NCBI GenBank assembly: GCA_963817915.1
Contig: CAWFQL010000010.1
Location: 39,482-103,481 of the forward strand
Length of the DNA stretch: 64,000 nucleotides
Source: an uncultured candidate division Zixibacteria bacterium
GTDB taxonomy: Bacteria; Zixibacteria; MSB-5A5; UBA10806
Reading direction: 5' to 3'
The notes under the pieces were generated by a model. The model was given only the letters and a program-made list of their open reading frames with translations. It was not told the origin of the DNA and searched no databases. The position numbers and the translations under genes were made by a program. Of the stretch, positions 52,575 through 64,000 are shown one piece after another. Positions within the stretch are counted from its first letter, which is position 1, and every line of letters begins with the position of its first letter.

Positions 52575-53211
52575 CTATTTCAACAGCTTATCAACTCTCG
52601 TACAGATTTTTTTGGCAATCTGGTCTATATTATCCGAAGCTTCGATGACAAGGAATCTGTCTTTTTCTTTTTCGGCAATTTCGAGAAAACCATCCTGCAC
52701 TTTTTTCCTGAATGTGACAAATTCCTGCTCAGTGCGATCATCGAATAAAGTAGGGGCCAATCGTTTCATTGTCTTTTTTGATTCACCGTTGGCGATATAA
52801 AGCAGAATTGTCAAATCCGGGACAATATTTTCGGTCGCTATGGAATTGATAGCCTGCACCGAATTTAGATCGATGCCCGCGACCGTAACCCTGATACGCA
52901 GTGGAGGAATCATAATATCTATCAGCAATCACGATTTTACCATTCTGAAGCTCAGGCTTGATGGTTTCATTGACAAGTTGGGCGCGGCTGGCGGAATACA
53001 GCAAAAATTCGGTCAGGGGACAGATTTTGCCTTTTAAAGAGGCATCTGCAAGGATATCTCTTATCCGTTCGGATATCGCTGTCGAGCCAGGTTCCCTCAC
53101 CAATACCGGATCGAGTCCCTTGGACGTAAGATGGGAAATAAGTCGTTCCACTTGTGTGGATTTCCCCACCTTATCGAGACCCTCGAAACTTATCAGAATT
53201 CCCTTATTCAT
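52575..53211 (-). CDS. tmk: Thymidylate kinase, one apparent indel ~52875
   Basis: FEGLDKVGKST, REPGST, DRYYDSSTAYQGYGRG continuing IDLN..PDLTI in a second frame. Confidence 0.92.
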
Positions 53212-54101
53212 ACTTTCGATTCTAATGTCATTTTCATTTTAATAATTGTCATCGTAATCGCCAATATAATGATAATCCCACCAAAAATCGTGCTTAAAGT
53301 AGGCATTTCCGAAAAAATCAGCATTGCCCAAATTGAGGCCAGAATAGGTTCGCCAAGGATCGACATACCCACCGGGAACGCGGGAAGATGGCGCAAGGCG
53401 TAATTGTAAAGGTTGTGGCCGAGAATTGTCGGCCCTAACGCCATAAGGAAGAAAAACCAGTAGTCGTTATTATTCGATGGAAGGCGGAAATTGGAGAATA
53501 GTAATCCCAGAATCAGAAGTACTATGGCTGAGACGCTATAGACTACCATTACATAAGGGATAAGGTCCACCCTTCGTCGTACGAATCTCCCAATGAAAAG
53601 ATATGATCCGGCAAAAACTGCTCCTAAAATTGCAAGTATGTCACCTTTTAAATGTATAGAGTCTATTCGTAAATCGCCACTGGCAACCAGGTAACTGCCA
53701 ATCATGGCAAGTACTACAGCGATTATTCCAATTATGCCGATCCGCTCACGAAGCACCATGAAGCCGAGAATCGCCACGAATATGGGTTGAGTGGTGACCA
53801 GAACCACAGATGATGAGATCGATGTCATGGACAATGACGCGATCCAGGTGAAAAAATGAAGTCCGAGGAGAATCCCGGAAAGTACTGAAATCATTAAATC
53901 GGATTTCTTGGAAAACCATTGTTTTTTATAGAATGGGAGCGCGAAGGAAATCATTATAGCGGAAAAAAACATCCTAAAAAAAGCGATTGTGGTGGAATCA
54001 GAGCTGCACATGCGGACAAGAATCGACGCCCAACTTACGAAAAATACGCCAATCAATAAAACGATTGCGCCAAATTGGGGAGATATTTTGGAAATACTCA
54101 C
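53208..54101 (-). CDS. DMT/EamA family transporter
   Basis: About 10 hydrophobic segments, LHFFTW, TQPIFV, GHNLYNYAL, LGEP. Confidence 0.9.
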   Translation of the reverse strand: MSISKISPQFGAIVLLIGVFFVSWASILVRMCSSDSTTIAFFRMFFSAIMISFALPFYKKQWFSKKSDLMISVLSGILLGLHFFTWIASLSMTSISSSVVLVTTQPIFVAILGFMVLRERIGIIGIIAVVLAMIGSYLVASGDLRIDSIHLKGDILAILGAVFAGSYLFIGRFVRRRVDLIPYVMVVYSVSAIVLLILGLLFSNFRLPSNNNDYWFFFLMALGPTILGHNLYNYALRHLPAFPVGMSILGEPILASIWAMLIFSEMPTLSTIFGGIIIILAITMTIIKMKMTLESKV

Positions 54102-54108
54102 GTTCTTT

Positions 54109-54489
54109 TCAGGCCAGCGGCTGAGATATAACTATCGAGATATTGTCTGGGTCTTTGATCTTGAAAATTCTATAACCCCACGGCATATCTTGCGGTTTGC
54201 CGGAGATTTTGACGCCTGAATCCGATAGTCTCTTATATAGAATATCGATATCGTGAACTTCGAAGAAAATATCGATCTTGTCGCGCTGGGGTATATAATT
54301 GCTTTCCTCAAGGCCGATACCGGAAGGCTGCCAGAGAATTTCAATGAAACCAGTTCCTGTATTAAAAATCGCGCCCCAACTATCCTGCCTCTGCCACGAT
54401 GATGAAAGCTTCAACCCTAAAATATTCTTGTAAAATTCGAAACTCGCGCGATAATCTTTAACTTTGATTACGATTCGAGATAATTTCAC
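54109..54489 (-). CDS. VOC/glyoxalase family protein
   Basis: VKDYRASFEFYKNILG, FFEVHDID, DMPWG, KDPD. Confidence 0.88.
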   Translation of the reverse strand: MKLSRIVIKVKDYRASFEFYKNILGLKLSSSWQRQDSWGAIFNTGTGFIEILWQPSGIGLEESNYIPQRDKIDIFFEVHDIDILYKRLSDSGVKISGKPQDMPWGYRIFKIKDPDNISIVISQPLA

Positions 54490-55301
54490 GATAAACCTGC
54501 CCTGTCTTCGGCATAGACAAAACCGCTGCCGCTTCCATTCGCGGGCCTGAGTAATGGCTCCGCTTCGCCGGATAGGGCTGAGCAGACGTCATAAAGGACA
54601 TCGGGCTTATTTGTAATAATACCTTTGACCCCGATTTTCAGGAATCGTTTCTGCGCTTCGGGCTCATCGACAGTCCAGACAAAGACGGTAACGCCAAGCC
54701 CATAAAGCTTTCTGATTACCGATTCGGTAATAATCGATTTCTGAAGGTGAATCGATTTGACCCCTAGCGATGATACCAATTTTTGGATAATCGGCCGGGT
54801 GAGAAAATTCAGCCTGGTCATCCGTTCATATCCCAGGATCAAAGCGGTCTTAATAGTTGGATCAAGACGTTTAATTCTCACTAAAGTCCAGGGATAAAAT
54901 GAGGAGACCATGGTACCGTCAAGCGTAGGATATTTTTGCAATAGCCGTACGGTTTGATCTTCATAACCGCCAATTTTGATTTCGATGGCAAGCGGGATTT
55001 TATTCCCGAATATCTGCAAAGTCTCTTCCAGGGTCGTTATAGGAAAATTCTTTTTCAAAGCGATAGATTTTATATCTGAAAATGATGTCTTAGCGATGGG
55101 GCGCTTGCGGCCATTGATGTCTTTTATAACCCCATCGTGAAATAGGACCAGTACCCCATCGGAGGTCATGCGGACATCGAGTTCGATCATATCCGCGTGT
55201 CGGGCAATCGCTTCCGCGAATGATGCCAATGTATTTTCTCGGATATAGGCGCTGGCGCCGCGATGGGCTACATTGCAGAATTTATTATTTCCATTTTCCA
55301 T
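54486..55301 (-). CDS. glpQ: Glycerophosphodiester phosphodiesterase
   Basis: AHRGAS, ENTLASF, IELDV, LFHD, IEIK, WTVD, IITNKPD. Confidence 0.9.
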   Translation of the reverse strand: MENGNNKFCNVAHRGASAYIRENTLASFAEAIARHADMIELDVRMTSDGVLVLFHDGVIKDINGRKRPIAKTSFSDIKSIALKKNFPITTLEETLQIFGNKIPLAIEIKIGGYEDQTVRLLQKYPTLDGTMVSSFYPWTLVRIKRLDPTIKTALILGYERMTRLNFLTRPIIQKLVSSLGVKSIHLQKSIITESVIRKLYGLGVTVFVWTVDEPEAQKRFLKIGVKGIITNKPDVLYDVCSALSGEAEPLLRPANGSGSGFVYAEDRAGLS

Positions 55302-55340
55302 AATCATTCAAATCCGTCATGCCCGTGAATGGCGAAAATG

Positions 55341-55369
55341 ATTCTATAATGGATAACTCAAAATGGCAA
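55341..55369 (-). promoter_or_regulatory. Sigma70-like promoter for glpQ
   Basis: TTGCCA-17 bp-TAGAAT. Confidence 0.6.
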
Positions 55370-55388
55370 GCGAATGTTTTTAAGATAC

Positions 55389-55420
55389 AAAAAGCGCCTC
55401 GCCGTTAGACGGCAAGGCGC
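55389..55420 (-). terminator. Rho-independent terminator after ino1
   Basis: gcgccttgccgt-cta-acggcgaggcgc followed by ttttt. Confidence 0.8.
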
Positions 55421-55444
55421 ATATAGGTATATTTAATCGCCGAG

Positions 55445-56632
55445 TTATTTTCCGGCGGGCTTTTTGTCTTTAGCCGTGAATTTTATCCGTGATTTTGCTT
55501 TTTCAGTCGGCTCTGCCGCCTTCTTCGGCTTTTTGCCATTGCCGCCAACTTCCACGAGCTTACCATAAGTCTTGATAAATTCGTCGGTTTTCTCGCGAGC
55601 GACATCGTCGAAATATTGTTCGGGCGGGGATTTCATGAAATAGGATGCCGGGCCGAATAAGGTGCCTGAGATCTTATTATCAAGAGCCAGTTTGCAGCAA
55701 CGGACAGCGTCGATAACTACGCCCGCGGAGTTGGGGGAATCCCAAACTTCGAGCTTCATTTCGAGATTGAGAGGGACATCGCCGAAGGTCTTCCCTTCCA
55801 GTCTTATATAGGCCCATTTTCTATCATCGAGCCAGGCGACATAATCGGAAGGTCCGATATGAACATTATTGGCCCCGATGTCGTAATCGAGCTGAGAAGT
55901 AACGGCATTGGTCTTGGAGATTTTTTTGGATTCGAGCCTGGTTCTCTCAAGCATATTATAGAAATCGGTATTACCGCCGACGTTAAGCTGACTTGTTCTT
56001 TCGAGACGTACGCCGCGCTCACGGAAGAGACGCGTAAGGACACGATGGACAATGGTAGCCCCGACTTGCGATTTTATATCGTCGCCGATCATCGGAAGGC
56101 CGCGCTTCTTGAATCTTTCCTGCCAGTACGCTTCCCGCGCGATAAATACGGGGATACAATTGACAAAACCGCAACCAGCTTCGAGGATTTGCTCGACATA
56201 CCATTTGGTGGCTTCTTCGGAACCGACAGGGAGATAATTGACAACGATATCGGTACCGGTATCTTTCAAAATTTTTACGATATCGGCGGTCGGCCCGGGC
56301 GCCTTTTCGATAATTTGGGAAAGATAAAATCCGAGACCATCGTGTGTCATTCCGCGGACTACTTTTACATTGGCCTTGGGGACCTGAGCGAATTTGAAAG
56401 TATTATTTGGTTTTGTATAGATAGCCTCCGAAAGATCCTTGCCGACTTTATTTTTATCAATATCTATAGCGGCGGAAAATTCGATATCCGAAATATGATA
56501 GCCGCCCAGGTTGACGTGCATCAATCCCGGGATAAATTGCTTTTCGGAGGCATTCCTGTAATAGTGAACCCCCTGAATGAAGGATGAGGCGCAATTACCC
56601 ACCCCGATTATTCCCACTCTGACTTTACCCAT
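55445..56632 (-). CDS. ino1: myo-inositol-1-phosphate synthase
   Basis: [53 protein letters not shown]. Confidence 0.96.
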   Translation of the reverse strand: MGKVRVGIIGVGNCASSFIQGVHYYRNASEKQFIPGLMHVNLGGYHISDIEFSAAIDIDKNKVGKDLSEAIYTKPNNTFKFAQVPKANVKVVRGMTHDGLGFYLSQIIEKAPGPTADIVKILKDTGTDIVVNYLPVGSEEATKWYVEQILEAGCGFVNCIPVFIAREAYWQERFKKRGLPMIGDDIKSQVGATIVHRVLTRLFRERGVRLERTSQLNVGGNTDFYNMLERTRLESKKISKTNAVTSQLDYDIGANNVHIGPSDYVAWLDDRKWAYIRLEGKTFGDVPLNLEMKLEVWDSPNSAGVVIDAVRCCKLALDNKISGTLFGPASYFMKSPPEQYFDDVAREKTDEFIKTYGKLVEVGGNGKKPKKAAEPTEKAKSRIKFTAKDKKPAGK

Positions 56633-56643
56633 TAGAATCCTCT

Positions 56644-57276
56644 CTATTCTGAGTTTAACTTAGCGCGTACATACATGACTCGTTGAACAACCGTGATATT
56701 GCTGAGAACCGCGATGGCCACAAGCGCAATCACCATCAAAAGGTCATGTGTATGGAATAGCCTATCAACAAGCGGCCCGATGATAGCTCCCACTGATATG
56801 AATGTAATTCTTTCAGGTCTCTGCATCAACCCGATTTTGCATTCGATATTTAATCCTTCGGCACGGGCTCTGGCGTAAGAAGTAAGCAACGAACCAGCGA
56901 TAGCCATTACAATTGTCAGGCTGACGAGGGTAGAATGATAATACGCCATGATGCCGATAAAGGCGGCGATTTCGGAATAGCGGTCGATTGTCGAATCGAA
57001 AAGGGCTCCGAATTTTGTCATTTGGGATGTCTTGCGAGCCAGACGGCCATCGAGGACATCGCAGACACCGGACAGAATCAACGCTATACCGCCCAAAACG
57101 AATTTGCCATTCCAGAAGAATGCACCGGAAAGTATTGAAAAAAGAAAACCTGCAATCGTAACCGCGTGAGGGTGTATCTTGGTATTTTCCAGAATTTCGC
57201 CAATCGGGTTAACGATTGTATAAAAACCGTTTACGAAATATTTATTTAAGATTCTCACATCAGACATAATAAACAC
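56644..57276 (-). CDS. pgsA: CDP-alcohol phosphatidyltransferase (phosphatidylinositol-phosphate synthase-like)
   Basis: [36 protein letters not shown]. Confidence 0.85.
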   Translation of the reverse strand: MFIMSDVRILNKYFVNGFYTIVNPIGEILENTKIHPHAVTIAGFLFSILSGAFFWNGKFVLGGIALILSGVCDVLDGRLARKTSQMTKFGALFDSTIDRYSEIAAFIGIMAYYHSTLVSLTIVMAIAGSLLTSYARARAEGLNIECKIGLMQRPERITFISVGAIIGPLVDRLFHTHDLLMVIALVAIAVLSNITVVQRVMYVRAKLNSE

Positions 57277-57524
57277 TAACCATGATTGTTAGAGATTTGA
57301 ATATTTTATCATAGAGCCTTGAAGGCATTTTGCCGGCCATTATCGTCGCCAGTGACCAATAATGAATTGGATTCGGCGGGAATATTATTTTGGCTCCAGT
57401 CGTTCATTTTTGTAAGAAAGCTGTTTTGCCATCGAATTGTCAATACATTTACTAAGCCGCCCACAAAAAGTCCGACTATGACATCGGAGACATAATGATA
57501 TCGCCCATAGATAGTACCGGCGAA

Positions 57525-57535
57525 CGATTACCCAA
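57525..57535. other. Abrupt compositional junction between two unrelated sequences
   Basis: AT-richer DNA switches to ~70% GC at cgaacgatta|cccaagggcg, truncating ruvB. Confidence 0.9.
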
Positions 57536-58325
57536 GGGCGTCGATATCGAGCAGGGCCAGGGCGTCGCTCGCCACCTGCCGGTCGATGGCCTTGCCGTCG
57601 GACACGCACCTCGGCGAAGTCGCGCACGCGGCGCAGCAGGCGCAGGGCGACGCGTGGCGTGCCGCGGCGCTCGCCGGGCGATCTCGTCGACCCCGCCGGC
57701 ATCGATCGTGCACGTGCGAGGACGCCGCCGGCGCGGGCGACGATCGCCTCCATCGACGGCGGATCGTAGAAATCCAGGCGATAGACGGCGCCGAAGCGCG
57801 CTCGCAGGGGCGCCGAGAGCAGCGCCGGGCGGGTTGTGGCGCCGACGATGGTGAACGGCGGCAGCTGCAGCCGGATCGAGCGCGCGCTCGGGTCCCTTGC
57901 CGATCATGATGTCCAGGGCGAAATCCTCCATCGCGGGATAGAGCATCTCTTCGACGGCCCGTCCCAGGCGGTGGATCTCGTCGATGAAGAGGACGTCTTG
58001 CGGCTCGCAGGTTGGTGAGGATGCGCCGCCAGGTCCCCGGCGCGCTCGATGGCCGGGCCGGAGGTGACTGCGCAGGTTGACGCCCATCTCGTGCGACAGG
58101 ATGTGCGCCAGGGTGGTCTTGCCCAGGCCGGGCGGACCGTAGAACAGCACGTGATCGAGGGCCTCGCTGCGGCCGTGGCCGCCTCGGATCAGGATGCCGA
58201 GGTTCTCCTTGACCCGCTCCTGGCCGATGAGCTGCGACAGGCAGGCGCGGCCGGAGCGTGAGCTCATCCTGCGTCCTCCGGCGTGCTCCTGACTGGCGAC
58301 CAGGCGAGTCTTCGGGGCAGGTCAC
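57531..58325 (-). CDS. ruvB: Holliday junction helicase RuvB, 3'-truncated and frameshifted
   Basis: [63 protein letters not shown]. Stops at DIDALG at the junction. Confidence 0.9.
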
Positions 58326-58545
58326 GCTGCGGATTATACCGGATTGCCCGCATCCTTCAACGGCAGCACCGCCGCCGGGCGCAGCGAGCTTCGAGGGCGC
58401 CTCACCTGAGCATGACCCTCCGCCCAGTTGACGGGTCTGTGACGAGGCTCCTATACTGGCGGCGGGCAGGCCGGGCAGGGGCGAGGGGAGGGGCCTCGCC
58501 CTTTGGGGGACGCCTGTCAATGCAGCATGGGAGGCAGGCGAATGC

Positions 58546-59516
58546 GTGATCGGGCTAGGGCTGCGCCAGGTCCAGGATGCGCTCAACCGCAAAGCGGACG
58601 AGATTGCAGCGCGAGTTCGTGACCACCAGCGAGCGCCTGGAAGAGATCGGCCGCATGCTCCTCGAGGCGAATGAGGAGGAGCGACGGCCGCTGCGGGCCG
58701 AACAAGCCGGCCTGCGCGAGCGCCAGCAAATGCTGGCGGATGAGATCAACCTGTGGCGCGAAGCGCGGGCGGCACGTCCTGACCCAGCCCGGCCAGACCT
58801 CGCTGCGCACGCTACCTCAACGAACTGCTGGCCCTGGAGGACCCTCGGATTACGTCCGGCTGTCAAGCATGCGCTCTACCTGCTCGATGCCCCCGAAGAC
58901 GAGCTGGCCCGCCTGGCCGAGAACCCCCAGCGCGCGGCGTGCCGAGACGCCTGCCGCCAGGCTGCTCAAGCGTGCCCGCACCGAGTACGACATGCGCGGC
59001 ACCGACCCGGATGCCACGACTGCGCACGGCGGTCGAGTTCGCCAATCGGCCGGGATGGCGCAGGACGATGACGCCATCCTGGAAATCGAAGAAGCGCTCA
59101 AGGACCCCGATCCCCTGGTGCGCGAGGTGGCGGCGCTGACGGCCATCCAGCTTCACCGGTTCCGGGCGCTGCGCGTCGCCGACCTCGACGTCGCACACCG
59201 CTCCACCCAGAAACTGGCGCAGATCAAGTTCCCGGCCGCCATCCCTGTCCTGGTCGAGATTCTCGAGAAACCTCGCACCGGGTTCGTGACCAGCCGAGGC
59301 CGGCTCCGAGGAACGCGACAACGCCCGCTCGCGGATGGTGGCACTGCTGCGCCTGGTCGAGTGGCACACTGGCGAGGCGCAGAAGGCGCTGCGAGCGCGG
59401 CAGTTCGATCGCGACTCCAATATCGTCAAGGCCGCGGCACATGCTCTGGATCTGTTCCCCGGCGAATGGACAGGCCCGCTCAAGCCCGACCGGGTCGCTG
59501 CGGCACCAAGGGCTGA
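58546..59516 (+). CDS. Hypothetical coiled-coil plus HEAT-repeat-like protein (multiple indels)
   Basis: Fragments LKDPDPLVREVAA, AAIPVLVEILE, DRDSNIVKAAAHAL across frames. Confidence 0.55.
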
Positions 59517-59540
59517 CGGCGGTTCGATCGGCGGCCGGGC

Positions 59541-59569
59541 TTGTTCGCCGCCTGGGCATCTGCTATACT
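59541..59569 (+). promoter_or_regulatory. Promoter for the T-box/valS leader
   Basis: TTGTTC-17 bp-TATACT with extended TG. Confidence 0.55.
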
Positions 59570-59584
59570 CAACGGTCAACCGAA

Positions 59585-59848
59585 TAGCGAACCCGGGAGG
59601 AGTAGGCCGGCGCAGGCTGTCAGAGAAGGCGGGCTGTGGCTGCGAGCCGCCGCTGCCGAAGCCGCCGAAGGTCGCCCGGGAGGTCCGCCGAAGAAACCCC
59701 CGGACGGGGAAAGTAGACCGGCGCGGGTAAGCCCGTTACAGCGCACTTCCCGTGATGGCGGGAAGGCCAAGCGCACCGGCAACGGTGAAGCGAGGTGGTA
59801 CCGCGGAGGCCAAGCCCTCCGTCCTCGTGGACGGAGGGCTATTTGTTT
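59585..59848 (+). ncRNA. T-box riboswitch (Val specifier) with intrinsic terminator
   Basis: AGUA and AGAGA/GGCUG stem I motifs, GUC specifier at 59671, T-box gaggtggtaccgcg at ~59792, terminator agccctccgtcc/ggacggagggct plus atttgttt. Upstream of valS. Confidence 0.88.
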
Positions 59849-59883
59849 GCCCCACGAGCACCGCCTCGACAGGAGGAAGACCG

Positions 59884-62592
<2,709 letters not shown>

Positions 62593-62647
62593 CCGCGGGA
62601 AGATCTCTCGTCTGGCCGGCGTGTTAGAATGCCGGCCGGAGCACAAT

Positions 62648-64000
62648 GTGCGACGTACAGGGCCTGACCTACTCCGCTTGAGCTCGCTGGCGCTGCTGCT
62701 GATCGCCATCGGGTTGACATTCTTCGAGCTGCTGTCCTTCAGCCGCCAGCGAGCCCGGCTGCCGCGCAGCCTGGAGATCGCCGGTGTGCCTGTCGGCGGG
62801 CTCGATCGGACCGACGCCTCCGAACGACTGCTGCAAGTCTACGGCTCACCCGTCGAGCTGCGCTACGGCGACCAGGTAATCTGGATGTCGCCGGCGGCGG
62901 CCGGGTTCTCGCCCGACGTCGAGGCCATGCTCGCTGCCGCGGAGCTGGTGCGCACGGGCGGCTCGTTCTGGACCGAGTTCTGGGATTATCTGTGGAACCG
63001 GCCGGGCGAGGTAGAAGACATCCCCTTGCGGGCGAGAGATCTCGCCGGCGCAGATGGAGGCGGCGCTGCGCGATATCGCCGCGCGCTACGACCAACCGCC
63101 CACGGCCGTTCAGCCCATCCCCGGCACGTCCAACTTCCGCCCCGGTCAGCCCGGGGAGGTGCTAGACGTCGCCCGTGCGGCCGAGCTGTTGAGCGCCGTA
63201 CTGCGACAGCCGGCGGACAGGAGGCTCAACCTGCCGGTGGTCGAGGGCGAGGCGCCGCGCGCCAGCCTGGCCACGCTGGCCACGCTGCTCAAGCAGAACA
63301 TCGATGTCGCCGGATTCGACGGGCTGGCGGTGCTCTACCTGCAGGACCTGCGCTCGGGGGATGAGCTGCAGCTCGGCCGCTACCGCAACGCGGAGTTCCA
63401 GCTCCAGCCCGATATTGCCTTTACGGCCGCGTCGACGATCAAGATCCCGATCATGATTGCCTTCTTCCGGGCGTTCGACCTACCGCTGGATGCAGGAGCG
63501 CCGAGTTGGCTGCGCGAGATGATCACCCAGTCGGGCAATGATCCGGCCGACTGGTTGATGGAGCGTATCGATCCGGTGTTCGGCCCGATCCGCGTCTCGG
63601 ATACCTGCGCGACCTCGGCTTCGAGAACACCTTCATGGCGGGGTACTTCCATCTCGACGCGCCGCTGCTGCGCGAGTACCTGACGCCTGCCAATCAGCGG
63701 CCGGATCTCTCGACGTCGCCCGATCGCTACAACCAGACGACGGCGTCCGAGATCGGTATTCTGCTTGCGGACCTGTACGCGTGCGGGCAGGGAGGTGGCG
63801 CGCTCTGGCCGCGTTCCCGGGCGAGGTGAACGCCGACGAGTGCCGGCCGATGTTCGACCTGCTGGCGGAAAACAAGATCGGCGTGCTGATCGAGGGCGGG
63901 GTTCCCGACGGCACGCGCGTCGCCCACAAGCACGGCTGGACTGACTCGCCGCTCACGTGGGCGGCAGATGCCGGCATCGTCTACTGGCCGGCGGGCGATT
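62648..64000 (+). CDS. Membrane-anchored class-A beta-lactamase-like serine hydrolase (partial, indels)
   Basis: N-terminal TM, IAGVPVGGL, SxxK (AASTIK), SxN (QSGN), HKHG. Runs off the window end. Confidence 0.75.

Noticed and set aside
55859..56587. 242-aa plus-strand ORF
   Set aside because: Antisense shadow of conserved ino1 with no motifs or RBS

Overview
The window joins two unrelated sequences. Positions 1 to ~57,530 are moderate-GC chromosome (roughly 40-50% by eye) from an FCB-superphylum-like bacterium; T9SS/FlgD-type C-terminal domains and porX-tsaE linkage suggest something like Zixibacteria, but the taxonomy is inference. This part carries a dinB-dnaE2-tag repair cluster, mgtE, a DUF3857/transglutaminase pair, accBC, tenA, a four-subunit 2-oxoacid:ferredoxin oxidoreductase, uvrB and two tandem secreted BNR-repeat proteins. 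It also has a ~21 kb minus-strand run from a surface-polysaccharide cluster through serS, a PorY/PorX-like pair, tsaE-tsaB-rimI, accD and folC, followed by tauE, ctpA, tmk and a pgsA-ino1-glpQ inositol-lipid cluster. At ~57,530 the sequence switches abruptly, in the middle of ruvB, to ~70% GC DNA resembling Chloroflexota (ruvB, a HEAT-like protein, a Val T-box with valS, a serine hydrolase). This is most likely a chimeric or concatenated assembly. Many genes, including essential ones, carry 1-bp indels typical of long-read consensus error. No rRNA, tRNA, CRISPR array, prophage or transposase was recognised. The best candidates for novelty are a polyPGT-monoPGT (WecA/WcaJ) fusion protein, a JUMPStart/ops-like leader heading the long operon, an intergenic set of co-varying GTAG-type REP/REPIN hairpins sitting at the edges of a promoter duplication and a gene cassette, a putative Zn-binding bL38/DUF4295-like small protein, and adjacent porY-porX. 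All calls come from motif reading; no searches were run.
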